The notes under the pieces: model-generated
The model's database searches: none
Told to the model about the DNA's origin: nothing
Seen by the model: only the letters and a program-made list of their open reading frames with translations
Position numbers and translations under genes: made by a program
DNA from: an uncultured Oscillospiraceae bacterium
GTDB taxonomy: Bacteria > Bacillota > Clostridia > Oscillospirales > Oscillospiraceae
Length of the DNA: 64,000 nucleotides
Assembly: GCA_910587255.1 (NCBI GenBank)
Contig: CAJUKT010000073.1
Location: 5,700 to 69,699 of the forward strand
Direction of reading: 5' to 3'
Shown here: positions 52,083 through 61,128 of the stretch, one piece after another
Position numbering within the stretch: position 1 is the stretch's first letter
How the letters are laid out: each line of letters begins with the position of its first letter

Positions 52083-53444
52083 ATGGACAAGGATTGGGAA
52101 AAATATCTGCCCCCAACAACATGCGCCGCGCTGGGGCTGGCGCTGACGCTGGGGGCGGCGTGGGTGTGCCTTGGGCTGGATCGGGGCACGGCGGCGGACG
52201 GCGTGTGCGTTGCGTGCCTGCTGGTGCTGCTGGCCTTGGGAGCGCTGGCCCTGCTGCGCCTGGAGGGATATGGGCGGGATACGCTGGGCGTCATGCTGTT
52301 CCCCCTGGGGGCGGCCATGCTGGCCCGGGCGCTGTGCCTGGATTATGCCAGCGGGGACTACAACAGTTTTCTGAGCGGCTGGTATCAATATTTTCGTCTC
52401 AACGGCGGCTTTGCCGCCATCGCGGGCAGCGTGGGGGATTATAACGCCCCCTACCTCTACTTTATGGCGGCCATCTCCTATCTGGACGTACCCGACCTGT
52501 ACCTTATCAAGCTGTTTTCCATCCTGTGGGACGTGCTGCTGGCCTGGGGCTGCCTGCGGCTGGTGCGTTCCCTGGTCAGGGAACGGCAGGGGAGCGCCGC
52601 TCCCCTGATTGTCTTTGGGGCCGCCCTGCTGCTGCCCACGGTGGTGCTCAACGGGGCATACTGGGGCCAGTGCGACGCCATCTACGGCGCGTTGGCGGTC
52701 CATGCCGCCGCCCTGGCGCTGGAGGGGCGGAGCAAGTCCTCGGTGGCGCTGATGGGGGTGGCCTTTGCCTTCAAGCTTCAGAGCATTTTTGTGCTTCCCC
52801 TGTGGGGGGTGCTGTGGCTGGCAGGGCGGGTAAAATTCCGGGAGCTGTGGGTATTCCCGCTGGCCTACCTGGCTATGATCGCCCCGGCGGCGGCCTTGGG
52901 CAAGCCCCTGGGGGAGATTGTGGGGGTGTACTTCAGGCAGATGGGGGAGTATCCCCGCCTGACCCTCAACGCCCCCTCGGTCTATCAGTTCATCCCGTAT
53001 AAAATGGCGCTGGACGAGCAGCTGGCCTCCCGCCTTGGGATTTTGGCTGCGGGGGCGCTGGTGCTGGCCCTGCTGGCGCTGGGCTTCTGGCTGCGGGGAC
53101 GGCTGGACCGGACGGCGGCAATGGCTGCCGCAGTGGTTTTATGTATCGGCGTACCCTTTTTCCTGCCCCACATGCACGAGCGCTATTTTTTCCTGGCGGA
53201 TATGTTTACCCTGTGCTGGGCCTGCGCGGACCGGCGGCGGGCCCCGGCGGCTGTGCTGGTGTGCGGCTCGTCCCTGGCCAGCTACTGCGTATACCTGCGG
53301 CTGAAGTATAATTGCGTGGTGCGCCTGGGCGGGGGCGTGTTTGTGATGGGGCTGGAGGCGCTTGCCATGCTGGCGGCCCTGGCTCTGGCCCTGCTGGCGC
53401 TGGCGGAGCGGGTACGGAATATGACGAAGGAGGAGCGCGCGTGA
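52083..53444 (+). CDS. GT-C-fold integral membrane glycosyltransferase-like protein
   Basis: About 12 TM segments. DYNAPYLYFMAAISYL...LIKLFSILWDVLLAW resembles mannosyltransferase/ArnT-type proteins. GGAGG lies before ATG 52083. Confidence 0.6.
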   Translation: MDKDWEKYLPPTTCAALGLALTLGAAWVCLGLDRGTAADGVCVACLLVLLALGALALLRLEGYGRDTLGVMLFPLGAAMLARALCLDYASGDYNSFLSGWYQYFRLNGGFAAIAGSVGDYNAPYLYFMAAISYLDVPDLYLIKLFSILWDVLLAWGCLRLVRSLVRERQGSAAPLIVFGAALLLPTVVLNGAYWGQCDAIYGALAVHAAALALEGRSKSSVALMGVAFAFKLQSIFVLPLWGVLWLAGRVKFRELWVFPLAYLAMIAPAAALGKPLGEIVGVYFRQMGEYPRLTLNAPSVYQFIPYKMALDEQLASRLGILAAGALVLALLALGFWLRGRLDRTAAMAAAVVLCIGVPFFLPHMHERYFFLADMFTLCWACADRRRAPAAVLVCGSSLASYCVYLRLKYNCVVRLGGGVFVMGLEALAMLAALALALLALAERVRNMTKEERA

Positions 53445-54193
53445 AATTTGTATCCTGGAATGTGAACGGCCTGCGGGCCTGTCTGAAAAAGGGGTTTGCG
53501 GAGTCCATGCTGGGGCTGGACGCCGACTTCATCTGCCTCCAGGAGACCAAGATGGAGCGGGGCCAGGCGGAGGCGGGCCTGCCCGGCTACCATGAATTCT
53601 GGAATTCGGCGGACAAGAAGGGCTATTCCGGCACCGCTGTTTTTGCCCGGACCGAGCCCCTGTCCGTGTCCTACGGCATGGATCTGGACAAGCACGACCA
53701 CGAGGGGCGGCTCATCACCCTGGAGTACCCCGAATTCTGGCTGGTGGACTGCTACACCCCCAACGCACAAAGCGAGCTGGCCCGCATCGGCTACCGCATG
53801 GAGTGGGAGGACGACCTGCTGGAGTATCTCCAGAGCCTGGACAAGACCAAGCCGGTGGTGTACTGCGGCGACCTGAACGTGGCCCACCAGGAGATCGACC
53901 TGAAAAATCCCAAGACCAACCGGGGGAACGCGGGCTTCTCCGATGAGGAGCGCGCCGCCATGACCCGCCTGCTTTCCTCCGGCTTCACCGATACCTTCCG
54001 TCTGCTCCACCCGGAGGCGGAGGGGGCCTATTCCTGGTGGAGCTACCGCTTTAAGGCCCGGGAGAAGAATGCCGGATGGCGCATCGACTATTTCATCGTC
54101 TCCCAGCGGCTGGGCGGGCGGGTGGCCCAGGCGTCCATCCACCCGGATATCCAGGGCAGCGACCACTGTCCGGTATCGCTGGTTTTGAAATAG
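53441..54193 (+). CDS. xth: Exodeoxyribonuclease III
   Basis: VKFVSWNVNGLRA..., LQETK, and C-terminal SDHCPV. GTG start overlaps the upstream TGA. GAAGGAGGAG lies upstream. Confidence 0.92.
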   Translation: MKFVSWNVNGLRACLKKGFAESMLGLDADFICLQETKMERGQAEAGLPGYHEFWNSADKKGYSGTAVFARTEPLSVSYGMDLDKHDHEGRLITLEYPEFWLVDCYTPNAQSELARIGYRMEWEDDLLEYLQSLDKTKPVVYCGDLNVAHQEIDLKNPKTNRGNAGFSDEERAAMTRLLSSGFTDTFRLLHPEAEGAYSWWSYRFKAREKNAGWRIDYFIVSQRLGGRVAQASIHPDIQGSDHCPVSLVLK

Positions 54194-54262
54194 TTTCCAG
54201 TTGAAAATTTTGCTCTTTCGCAAAAAATCGGGCAAGCTAACGGGGCGAAGGAGTGATGAGTT

Positions 54263-54442
54263 ATGAGAATGGACAAAAGGGCTGTGCTGCCCATCGCCGG
54301 GGCCACCATGGCGGCGGGAGCGGCCATTGGGCTGATGATGATGCCCAAGAAGAAAAAGCACTCCGCCCAAAAGGCGGCGGGCCGGGCCATCAAGGCTGTG
54401 GGCGAGGTAGTGGAGCACTTCAACGGTTCGCTGAAAATGTGA
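54263..54442 (+). CDS. Unlisted 59-aa small protein (below the ORF-track cutoff)
   Basis: ATG 54263 follows AAGGAG by 9 nt. Translation is MRMDKRAVLPIAGATMAAGAAIGLMMMPKKKKHSAQKAAGRAIKAVGEVVEHFNGSLKM. The frame is GC3-rich and is followed by a strong hairpin. Confidence 0.5.
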   Translation: MRMDKRAVLPIAGATMAAGAAIGLMMMPKKKKHSAQKAAGRAIKAVGEVVEHFNGSLKM

Positions 54443-54444
54443 GT

Positions 54445-54479
54445 GAAACGCCCCGCCGGATAGCCCGGCGGGGCGTTTC
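54445..54479. terminator. Bidirectional terminator
   Basis: GAAACGCCCCGCCGG-atagc-CCGGCGGGGCGTTTC. Confidence 0.75.
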
Positions 54480-55032
54480 ACATGGTAAACCGAACAGCGG
54501 CGGCCTCCGGCCGGGCGGGGTCCAGCAGAAGGATTTCCCGTTTTTGGCCCATGGCGTAGTTCAGGGTGTATTGGGTGCCCCCGGGCGTGCCGTCGAACAC
54601 CGCCAGCACCGCTGCAGAACGGTCCACCATGTAGCGGTCCCTGCGGAGCATACAGTATCGGTTATAGCTTTGCTGTACCACGCTCTCCAGGTCGCAGGCA
54701 TCCAGAATGGAGCGCCAGCGGCGGCGCAGCTTCTGCGGCCACTTCTGCGCCTGGGTGGGGCAGGGAACCGCCCCCTCCACCGTCACGCCGGGACACTGCT
54801 CCCGCAGTTCCAGCGCCGCCTGGGCAAAGTATAGGTCACAGCCCATGGCCATGCCGGAGATGAAGTGGCGGAAGCCCCGGCGGTACAGGCCGTCCAGCTC
54901 CCGGGAGAGGCTGGCCTTCAGCGCGGTGCAGCGGGGGTCGGCCTCGTCCAGCCCCCAGGGCAGCTTGTCCGGCCTGTGGCCGGTGAAACAGCAGGTGTGG
55001 TTTTTATCGGGCGGCACGGCGTTCCCTCCCAT
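54478..55032 (-). CDS. SLOG-fold DUF1273 (YpsA-like) protein
   Basis: CCFTGHRPDKLPWG...FISGMAMGCDLYFAQAAL... hallmarks of the DUF1273 family. Confidence 0.8.
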   Translation of the reverse strand: MGGNAVPPDKNHTCCFTGHRPDKLPWGLDEADPRCTALKASLSRELDGLYRRGFRHFISGMAMGCDLYFAQAALELREQCPGVTVEGAVPCPTQAQKWPQKLRRRWRSILDACDLESVVQQSYNRYCMLRRDRYMVDRSAAVLAVFDGTPGGTQYTLNYAMGQKREILLLDPARPEAAAVRFTM

Positions 55033-55130
55033 ACAGTTTTTAATACAATTGTACTACACAAAAAGGGCGCTGTCAAGGGGATGTGGAACGTCAGTTTTAA
55101 ACATGGCGGCAAAGCCGGGCAAAAAAAGAC

Positions 55131-55159
55131 TTGCAATTTTGTTTGGGCTGGAATATAAT
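55131..55159 (+). promoter_or_regulatory. Sigma-A promoter of the FMN-riboswitch transcript
   Basis: TTGCAA (55131-55136), a 17-nt spacer and TATAAT (55154-55159). Confidence 0.65.
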
Positions 55160-55179
55160 AACGCAAGAAACAATTGAAT

Positions 55180-55355
55180 GAATGTCTTCAGGGCGGGGTG
55201 AAATTCCCCACTGGCGGTATAGTCCGCGACCCGCGAAAGCGGTTGACCCGGTGAAACTCCGGGACCAACGGTAAAAGTCCGGATGGAAGAAGACGCGTGA
55301 CCCCTCTTGAGGTAGTGTCGCGCCTGGAAGACAGTCTTTTCAGGCGTTTCATACT
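55180..55355 (+). promoter_or_regulatory. FMN riboswitch (RFN element) with expression platform
   Basis: CAGGGCGGGGTGAAATTCCCCACTGGCGGTATAGTCCGCGACCCGCGAAAGCGG...CCGGTGAAACTCCGGGACCAACGGTAAAAGTCCGGATGGAAGAAG matches the conserved RFN core. It is followed by the hairpin CGCCTG...CAGGCG and a T-rich tract. Confidence 0.9.
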
Positions 55356-55374
55356 ATTTTGGGAGGTCTTTTTT

Positions 55375-56097
55375 ATGTTGGAAAATTTGGCAAAGCTCTG
55401 GGCGGCGGTGCAGGATAACGTGGTGTTTCTGCTGATGTGCCTGGGGATATTTGCGGGCATTTTCGCGGCGGCCCTGGCCGTTGAAAAGCTGTGGCTCAAG
55501 CCGGAAAAGCAGTCCCCGGCCCGCCGGGCGGCCTATGTGGGCATTTTTGCGGCCATCGCCGCGCTGCTCATGTACATTGAGTTTCCCCTTCCCTTTGCCC
55601 CCGTCTTTTACGAGCTGGATTTCAGCGAGATCCCGGTGCTCATCTGCTCCTTCTCCCTGGGCCCGGTGGCCGGGGTGGTGTGCGAGTTCATCAAGGAGCT
55701 TCTGAAGCTGTTCCTCAAGGGAACCTCCACCGCCTTTGTGGGAGACCTGGCTAATTTTGTGGTGGGGTGCTCCTTCATTCTCCCCGCCTCGGTGGTGTAT
55801 TTTGCCCAGAAGACCAAGACCGGCGCCATCATCGGCATGGGGGTTGGCACTGCCGTGATGACTGTGTTTGGCAGCCTGTTCAACGCCGTCTATCTGATCC
55901 CCGCCTTTTCCGTGCTGTTTGATATGCCGCTGGAGGTTATCATCGGCATGGGCACCGATATCAATCCCGCCATTGTCAGTGTGAATACCCTGGTGCTGTT
56001 TGCCGTGGTTCCCTTTAACCTGCTGAAGGGTGTGCTGGTGTCGGTGGTCACATTCTTCCTCTATAAGCATATCGAGCGTCTGCTGCGCATGAGATAA
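55375..56097 (+). CDS. ribU: ECF-type riboflavin transporter S component (RibU-like)
   Basis: It lies downstream of the FMN riboswitch. The sequence ...AIAALLMYIEFPLPFAPVFYELDFSEIPVLI... with six TM segments is typical of ECF S components. Confidence 0.8.
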   Translation: MLENLAKLWAAVQDNVVFLLMCLGIFAGIFAAALAVEKLWLKPEKQSPARRAAYVGIFAAIAALLMYIEFPLPFAPVFYELDFSEIPVLICSFSLGPVAGVVCEFIKELLKLFLKGTSTAFVGDLANFVVGCSFILPASVVYFAQKTKTGAIIGMGVGTAVMTVFGSLFNAVYLIPAFSVLFDMPLEVIIGMGTDINPAIVSVNTLVLFAVVPFNLLKGVLVSVVTFFLYKHIERLLRMR

Positions 56098-56210
56098 CCC
56101 GGTCTGCCGCCTCCCGTGCGAACGAGAAATGCCCAAGCGCATACAATGGGAGTGGAAGGGGATCGCCATACCGGCTCCCCCTCTATCAACCATGATCGGG
56201 AGGTACGAAA

Positions 56211-57041
56211 ATGGCCGAATTCATTGAGCCGGGCCCCATCTGTGATACCGCCGGTATTCGCGAGGCCGTGTGCATCCACACCCGAAAAATTTTTGACAGC
56301 TGCCGCGATAAGGACTGCGTGGAGGATCTGCGGCTGTATCCCACCGTCAGCTCTCAGGCCGTCATCGACCGGGCCATCAGCCTGAAGGCCGGGCAGGCTG
56401 AGTTGCTGTACGCTTACATCGACGTGGAGCCCGTGGGCTTCAACCGGGGGTATTTCACGGTGGACGTGCGATACTTCTACCGGGTGACCGCCGACGCTTT
56501 TGTGGGCGCCGCCCGGCCGGTGTCCATCTGCGGCCTAGCGGTGTTTGACAAGCGGGCCATCCTGTTCGGCAGCGAGGGCAGCGCCAAGGTGTTCTCCTCC
56601 AACAGCCGTGTGGACGACCTGGATGAGCAGAACCTGATGAGCACCAACCTGCCCGTGGCGGTGGTGAACTCCGTGGACCCCATCATCCTGAGCATGCGTC
56701 TGTCCGACCCCTGCGAGGCACCGGCGTGTGCCTGCGGCGACGGGGCGGAGGTGCCCGCGGGCATCGCAGGGTGCTTCCCCGGCGAGCTGAACATGGGCGG
56801 CGAGGGCCGGAGGGTGTACGTCACCCTGGGGCAGTTCTCCATCATCCGCCTGGAGCGGGACAGCCAGCTGCTCATCCCCGCTTACGACTACTGCATGCCC
56901 AGCAAGGAGTGCTCCGCCGGGGGCGGCGAGGAGGATCCCTGCGCCATCTTCCGCCAGGTGCAGTTCCCCGTGGAGGAGTTCTTCCCCCCCAACACCATTG
57001 CCCCGCCGGACAACTGCCAGGACAAAAACTGCTGTCTGTAA
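56211..57041 (+). CDS. Cys-rich hypothetical protein (276 aa)
   Basis: MAEFIEPGPICDTAGIREAVCIHTRKIFDSCRDKDCVEDL...ends DNCQDKNCCL. No family was recognised. The coding frame is clearly GC3-rich. Confidence 0.65.
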   Translation: MAEFIEPGPICDTAGIREAVCIHTRKIFDSCRDKDCVEDLRLYPTVSSQAVIDRAISLKAGQAELLYAYIDVEPVGFNRGYFTVDVRYFYRVTADAFVGAARPVSICGLAVFDKRAILFGSEGSAKVFSSNSRVDDLDEQNLMSTNLPVAVVNSVDPIILSMRLSDPCEAPACACGDGAEVPAGIAGCFPGELNMGGEGRRVYVTLGQFSIIRLERDSQLLIPAYDYCMPSKECSAGGGEEDPCAIFRQVQFPVEEFFPPNTIAPPDNCQDKNCCL

Positions 57042-57067
57042 GACCGCAAAAGGGGGCGCGGCCCCTG

Positions 57068-57105
57068 GAGCGGCGCGGCTGATGCCGCGCCGCTCTTTAA
57101 TTTTT
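57068..57105 (+). terminator. Rho-independent terminator
   Basis: GAGCGGCGCGGC-tgat-GCCGCGCCGCTC followed by TTTAATTTTT. Confidence 0.8.
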
Positions 57106-57187
57106 CATGAACGCTATTCTCTTTTCCGGCAAAACGTGGTAAAATAACAAAACCAATGTCCGGCGCTTTGCGCCTGAAGGAGGCCCC

Positions 57188-58162
57188 ATGATGAATTGGA
57201 ACGCCCTGTATGACCGCTTGAGAGCCGGCATCCCCGCCCTGGAGCTGCGCCGGGACGAGCCTATGGCCCGCCACACTACCTTCCAGGTGGGCGGGCCGGT
57301 GCCTGTCATGGCCCTGCCTAAAGATGAGGGCGAGGCTCAAACCGTGCTGCATATCGCCGCCATGGAATTTGGCGTCAGGCCCTTTTTTATGGGGAAGGGC
57401 AGTAATCTGCTGGTGTCTGATGCAGGGGCCGACCTGCTGGTGGTCAAGGCGTATGACGGCCTCGGCCGCCTGGAGCTGCTGCCCGGGGGGGAGTGGCCCG
57501 GATATCAGACCATCCTGGCGGGCAGCGGCGTGTCCCTGGCGCGGCTTTCTAATTTCGCCCTGGAGCACGGCCTCACCGGCCTGGAGTTTGCCCATGGCAT
57601 CCCCGGCAGCGTGGGGGGCGGCGTGTACATGAACGCCGGGGCCTACGGCGGGGAGCTGGGCCAGGTGGTGTCCAGCGTGTCCGCCGTGGGCCTGCCCTGC
57701 GAGGAAGATGTGCGGCGGTATGTGAATCCCCAGTTCTCCTACCGCCACAGCCGGTTCCAGGAGCAGGACGAGTTCATCCTCCGCGCCTGCTTCACCCTGA
57801 AGCCGGGGAACCCTGCCGAAATCAGGGCGAAGATGGACGACTTTGCCCAGCGCCGCCGAGAAAAGCAGCCGCTGGAGTACCCCAGCGCTGGCTCCACCTT
57901 CAAGCGGCCCGCCCCGGCGGACGGCCGGCCGGTGTACGCCGCCGCCCTCATCGACCAGTGCGGCCTGAAGGGGCTGGCTGTGGGCGGGGCCCAGGTGTCG
58001 GAGAAGCACGCAGGCTTTGTCATCAACCGGGGCGGAGCCTCCTGCAGGGATATTTTAGAGCTGATCGCCCAGGTGCGGGAACGGGTGTTCCGTGAGACCG
58101 GCATAACCCTGGAGCCCGAGGTGCGCTGCCTGGGAAGGGAGGGAGAAGGATGGAATTTCTAA
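57188..58162 (+). CDS. murB: UDP-N-acetylenolpyruvoylglucosamine reductase
   Basis: EPMARHTTFQVGGPV...GKGSNLLV...GGGVYMNAGAYGGE...GSTFKRP. Confidence 0.92.
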   Translation: MMNWNALYDRLRAGIPALELRRDEPMARHTTFQVGGPVPVMALPKDEGEAQTVLHIAAMEFGVRPFFMGKGSNLLVSDAGADLLVVKAYDGLGRLELLPGGEWPGYQTILAGSGVSLARLSNFALEHGLTGLEFAHGIPGSVGGGVYMNAGAYGGELGQVVSSVSAVGLPCEEDVRRYVNPQFSYRHSRFQEQDEFILRACFTLKPGNPAEIRAKMDDFAQRRREKQPLEYPSAGSTFKRPAPADGRPVYAAALIDQCGLKGLAVGGAQVSEKHAGFVINRGGASCRDILELIAQVRERVFRETGITLEPEVRCLGREGEGWNF

Positions 58163-59013
58163 TCGTGTCCGGCCTGTCCGGGGCGGGGAAGTCCACCGTC
58201 ATGTCCATTTTGGAGGACAGCGGTTTTTTCTGCGTGGACAATCTGCCCCCGGTGCTCATCCCCAAATTTGCCGAGGTATGCCTTGCGGGGGCGGGGAGCT
58301 ATGAGCGGGTGGCCATGGTGTGCGATATTCGGGGCGGGGAGAACTTTGAGGGGCTTTTCGAGTCCATGGACGCTCTGGCCGCCATGGAATTCCACTACAA
58401 GGTGCTGTTTGTGGACGCGGAGGACGCTGTAATCATCAAGCGGTACAAGGAAACCCGCCGCAGCCATCCCCTGATGGAGGAGCTGGGCAGCCTGACCCGG
58501 GCGGTGGAGCACGAGCGGCAGGTGATGGCTGCGGTGCGTGCCCGGGCGGACTACATCATCAACACCACCACCCTGCCGGTGCGTAAGCTCAGGGGGCAGG
58601 TGCTGGATATGTTCGCCCCCAACCGCAAGAGTGTCAGCGAGATGAGCGTGACGGTCACCTCCTTCGGCTTCAAGTACGGCCTGCCCCTGGAGGCGGACCT
58701 GGTGTTCGATGTGCGTTTTCTGCCCAACCCCTTCTATGTGGAGGAGCTGCGCGGCCAGACCGGACTGGACCAGGGGGTGGCGGATTATGTGTTTAAAAGT
58801 CCCACCGCCCAGGAGCTGCTGGAAAAGCTGCAAAGGCTGATGGACTTCCTGCTGCCCCATTTTGTGGAGGAGGGGAAAAGCGCTTTGGTCATCGCTGTGG
58901 GCTGCACCGGGGGGAGGCACCGCTCGGTGGCGGTGACCCACGCGCTGACGGAGTACATCCAGTCCCTGGGCTACGCCGCCGGCGAGACCCACCGGGACAT
59001 GACGAGGGCATGA
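58150..59013 (+). CDS. rapZ: RNase adapter / nucleotide-binding protein RapZ (YvcJ)
   Basis: MEFLIVSGLSGAGKSTV...DNLP...VGCTGGRHRSV. Confidence 0.92.
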   Translation: MEFLIVSGLSGAGKSTVMSILEDSGFFCVDNLPPVLIPKFAEVCLAGAGSYERVAMVCDIRGGENFEGLFESMDALAAMEFHYKVLFVDAEDAVIIKRYKETRRSHPLMEELGSLTRAVEHERQVMAAVRARADYIINTTTLPVRKLRGQVLDMFAPNRKSVSEMSVTVTSFGFKYGLPLEADLVFDVRFLPNPFYVEELRGQTGLDQGVADYVFKSPTAQELLEKLQRLMDFLLPHFVEEGKSALVIAVGCTGGRHRSVAVTHALTEYIQSLGYAAGETHRDMTRA

Positions 59014-60014
59014 ATATGACGGCGAACAAACGGCGCAAGGGCCCCGCCATTGTGGCCCTGGGGGGCGGGCATGGCCTGTCCGCAATTTTGAGGGGTTTGA
59101 AGCTATATACCGATGACCTGACCGCCATCGTCACCGTGGCCGACGACGGGGGCGGTTCGGGGGTGCTGCGGGAGGATTTGGGGATGCCCCCGCCCGGCGA
59201 CATCCGCAGCTGCATGGAGGCGCTGGCGGAGACGGAATCCCTGATGCAGAGGCTGCTAGCCTACCGCTTTTCCGACGGGCGGCTGGCGGGACAGGCGTTT
59301 GGAAATCTGCTGCTGGCGGCGCTGGACGGCATCTCCGATTCCTTTGACCAGGCGGTGGCCCGGATGAGCCAGGTCCTGGCCATCACCGGGCGCATTCTGC
59401 CGGTGACCAACGCCGACGTGCAGCTGGAGGCCATTTTTGACAACGGCTCCAGTGTCCGGGGGGAGTCCAAGATCTTCGCCGCCAAAAAGGAGCAGAACTG
59501 CCGGATCCACCACGTCCGCCTGCTGCCCGAGCACACCCCCGCCCTGCCCGCCGCCCTGGAGGCCATCTCTCAGGCGGAGGTGATTCTGCTGGGGCCGGGG
59601 AGCCTGTACACCAGCGTCATTCCAAATTTGCTGGTGGACGGCATCTCCGAGGCCATTATGGAAAGCCCGGCCTTGAAAATCTACGTCTGCAATATCATGA
59701 CCCAGGACGGGGAGACCGAGGGCATGACCGCCCAGGACCATGTGGCGGCGCTTTTGGAGCATGGCGGGCCGGGGCTGGTAAACCTGTGTCTTTGCAACTC
59801 CGACCCGGTGGGCCGGGAGCTGCTGGAGCGTTACTCCGCCGAGGACGCGGAGCCCATGGCGGTGGATCGGAGGGAGATTGAGCTGCTGGGGGCGGAGGTG
59901 GTATTCCGGCCCTTGATGGATATGGAGTGCGGCTATGCCCGGCATTCCGGGGTGAAGGTGGCCCAGGCGGTGGTGGAGCTCTATCAGCAAAGGGCGGACA
60001 CCAAGATATTTTGA
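59010..60014 (+). CDS. yvcK: YvcK/GlmR-family gluconeogenesis factor (UPF0052)
   Basis: IVALGGGHGLSAILRGLK...TAIVTVADDGGSSG-like (DDGGGSG)...LGPGSLYTS. Confidence 0.9.
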   Translation: MNMTANKRRKGPAIVALGGGHGLSAILRGLKLYTDDLTAIVTVADDGGGSGVLREDLGMPPPGDIRSCMEALAETESLMQRLLAYRFSDGRLAGQAFGNLLLAALDGISDSFDQAVARMSQVLAITGRILPVTNADVQLEAIFDNGSSVRGESKIFAAKKEQNCRIHHVRLLPEHTPALPAALEAISQAEVILLGPGSLYTSVIPNLLVDGISEAIMESPALKIYVCNIMTQDGETEGMTAQDHVAALLEHGGPGLVNLCLCNSDPVGRELLERYSAEDAEPMAVDRREIELLGAEVVFRPLMDMECGYARHSGVKVAQAVVELYQQRADTKIF

Positions 60015-60064
60015 AGCGTCCGCCTGCCGGGGCGGGAGCGCAAACAGAGTGAGGAGGGATTGCC

Positions 60065-60970
60065 GTGGCGTTTTCCGCCGACGTAAAGGGGGAGCTGTGC
60101 CGCCCCAGCATCAGCCGGAAATGCTGCGCCCAGGCGGAGGCCTACGGTGTGCTGCTGTTCTGCGGGGCGTTCCATCCCCGTCAAGCCCGGATCGTCACCG
60201 AATGCGGGGCGCTGAAGGAGCGGCTGCCCCTGCTGTTTCGAAAGGCGTTTAAGACGGCCTTCGACCAGACCCCAGAGCCGGGGGAGGGGAAGGGGGCCTT
60301 CCTCATTGAGGAGCCCGCCAAATTAAAGGTGATCTTTGAGACCTTTGATTTGGAGCGGGACGCCTCGGTGTCCCTTCATATCAATTTGGCGCAGCTGGAG
60401 GAGGACCATTGCCGGGCGGCCTTCCTCCGGGGGGCGTTTCTGGCGGGGGGATCGGTGACCGACCCCATGAAGGGCTACCATCTGGAGTTGGTGACCTCCC
60501 ACTACCATGTGGGCCGGGAGCTGCCAGCCCTGCTGCGGGAGGCGGGCTTTGAGCCCAAGGAGGCGGAGCGGAAGGGCAGCCGGGTGGTCTACTTCAAGCA
60601 GTCCGACCACATTGAGGATTTTTTGACCTACCTGGGGGCCCCGGTGTCCGCCATGGCGGTAATGAACGCCAAGCTGGAGCGGGACCTTCAGGGCCGGGTG
60701 AACCGCCAGGTGAACTGCGACAGCGCAAATCTGGACAAGACGGTGGCGGCGGCCAGGGAGCAGCTGGCGGCCATCGGACGGCTGGAGGAATCCGGGCGGC
60801 TGGATTTTCTGCCGGACAAGCTCCGGGAGGCGGCCCGGCTGCGGGTGGAGCACCCCGAGCTGAATCTGGGCCAGCTGGGGGCGTTATGCGAACCAGGCGT
60901 GAGCAAATCGGCGTTTAACCATCGGATGAGGAAGCTGATGGAGCTGGCGGAAAGCGCGGAGCCGTCGTGA
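60065..60970 (+). CDS. whiA: DNA-binding protein WhiA
   Basis: FSADVKGELCR..., LAGLIDADG-like repeats and a C-terminal HTH (GVSKSAFNHRMRKL). GTG start. The last codons ...SAEPS* lie inside repeat family B. Confidence 0.9.
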   Translation: MAFSADVKGELCRPSISRKCCAQAEAYGVLLFCGAFHPRQARIVTECGALKERLPLLFRKAFKTAFDQTPEPGEGKGAFLIEEPAKLKVIFETFDLERDASVSLHINLAQLEEDHCRAAFLRGAFLAGGSVTDPMKGYHLELVTSHYHVGRELPALLREAGFEPKEAERKGSRVVYFKQSDHIEDFLTYLGAPVSAMAVMNAKLERDLQGRVNRQVNCDSANLDKTVAAAREQLAAIGRLEESGRLDFLPDKLREAARLRVEHPELNLGQLGALCEPGVSKSAFNHRMRKLMELAESAEPS

Positions 60971-61070
60971 GCAGCACGGATGGAGTGGAGCGAGGGGAAA
61001 AGCCTAGCCGCCGCAGAGCGGGGCGGGTTTTGCCCAAGCCGGAGCGAAGCCGTTGTGCTGTATTGGCGTT
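60953..61070 (+). repeat. Intergenic repeat family B, copy 3 (overlaps the last codons of whiA)
   Basis: AAGCGCGGAGCCGTCGTGAGCAGCACGGATGGAGTGGAGCGAGGGGAAAAGCC...GCAGAGCGGGGCGGGTTTTGCCC aligns with 11612 onward. Confidence 0.65.
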
Positions 61071-61128
61071 TATTGAGGAAAATTTGCTGAAGTGAGCGTT
61101 ATACTTTAGAAAGATAGAGGTGACCACA

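Noticed and set aside
54253-54834. The listed 193-aa plus-strand ORF.
   Set aside because: It reads through a strong terminator hairpin and antisense into the DUF1273 gene. The alternative 59-aa frame with an RBS and terminator explains the locus better.
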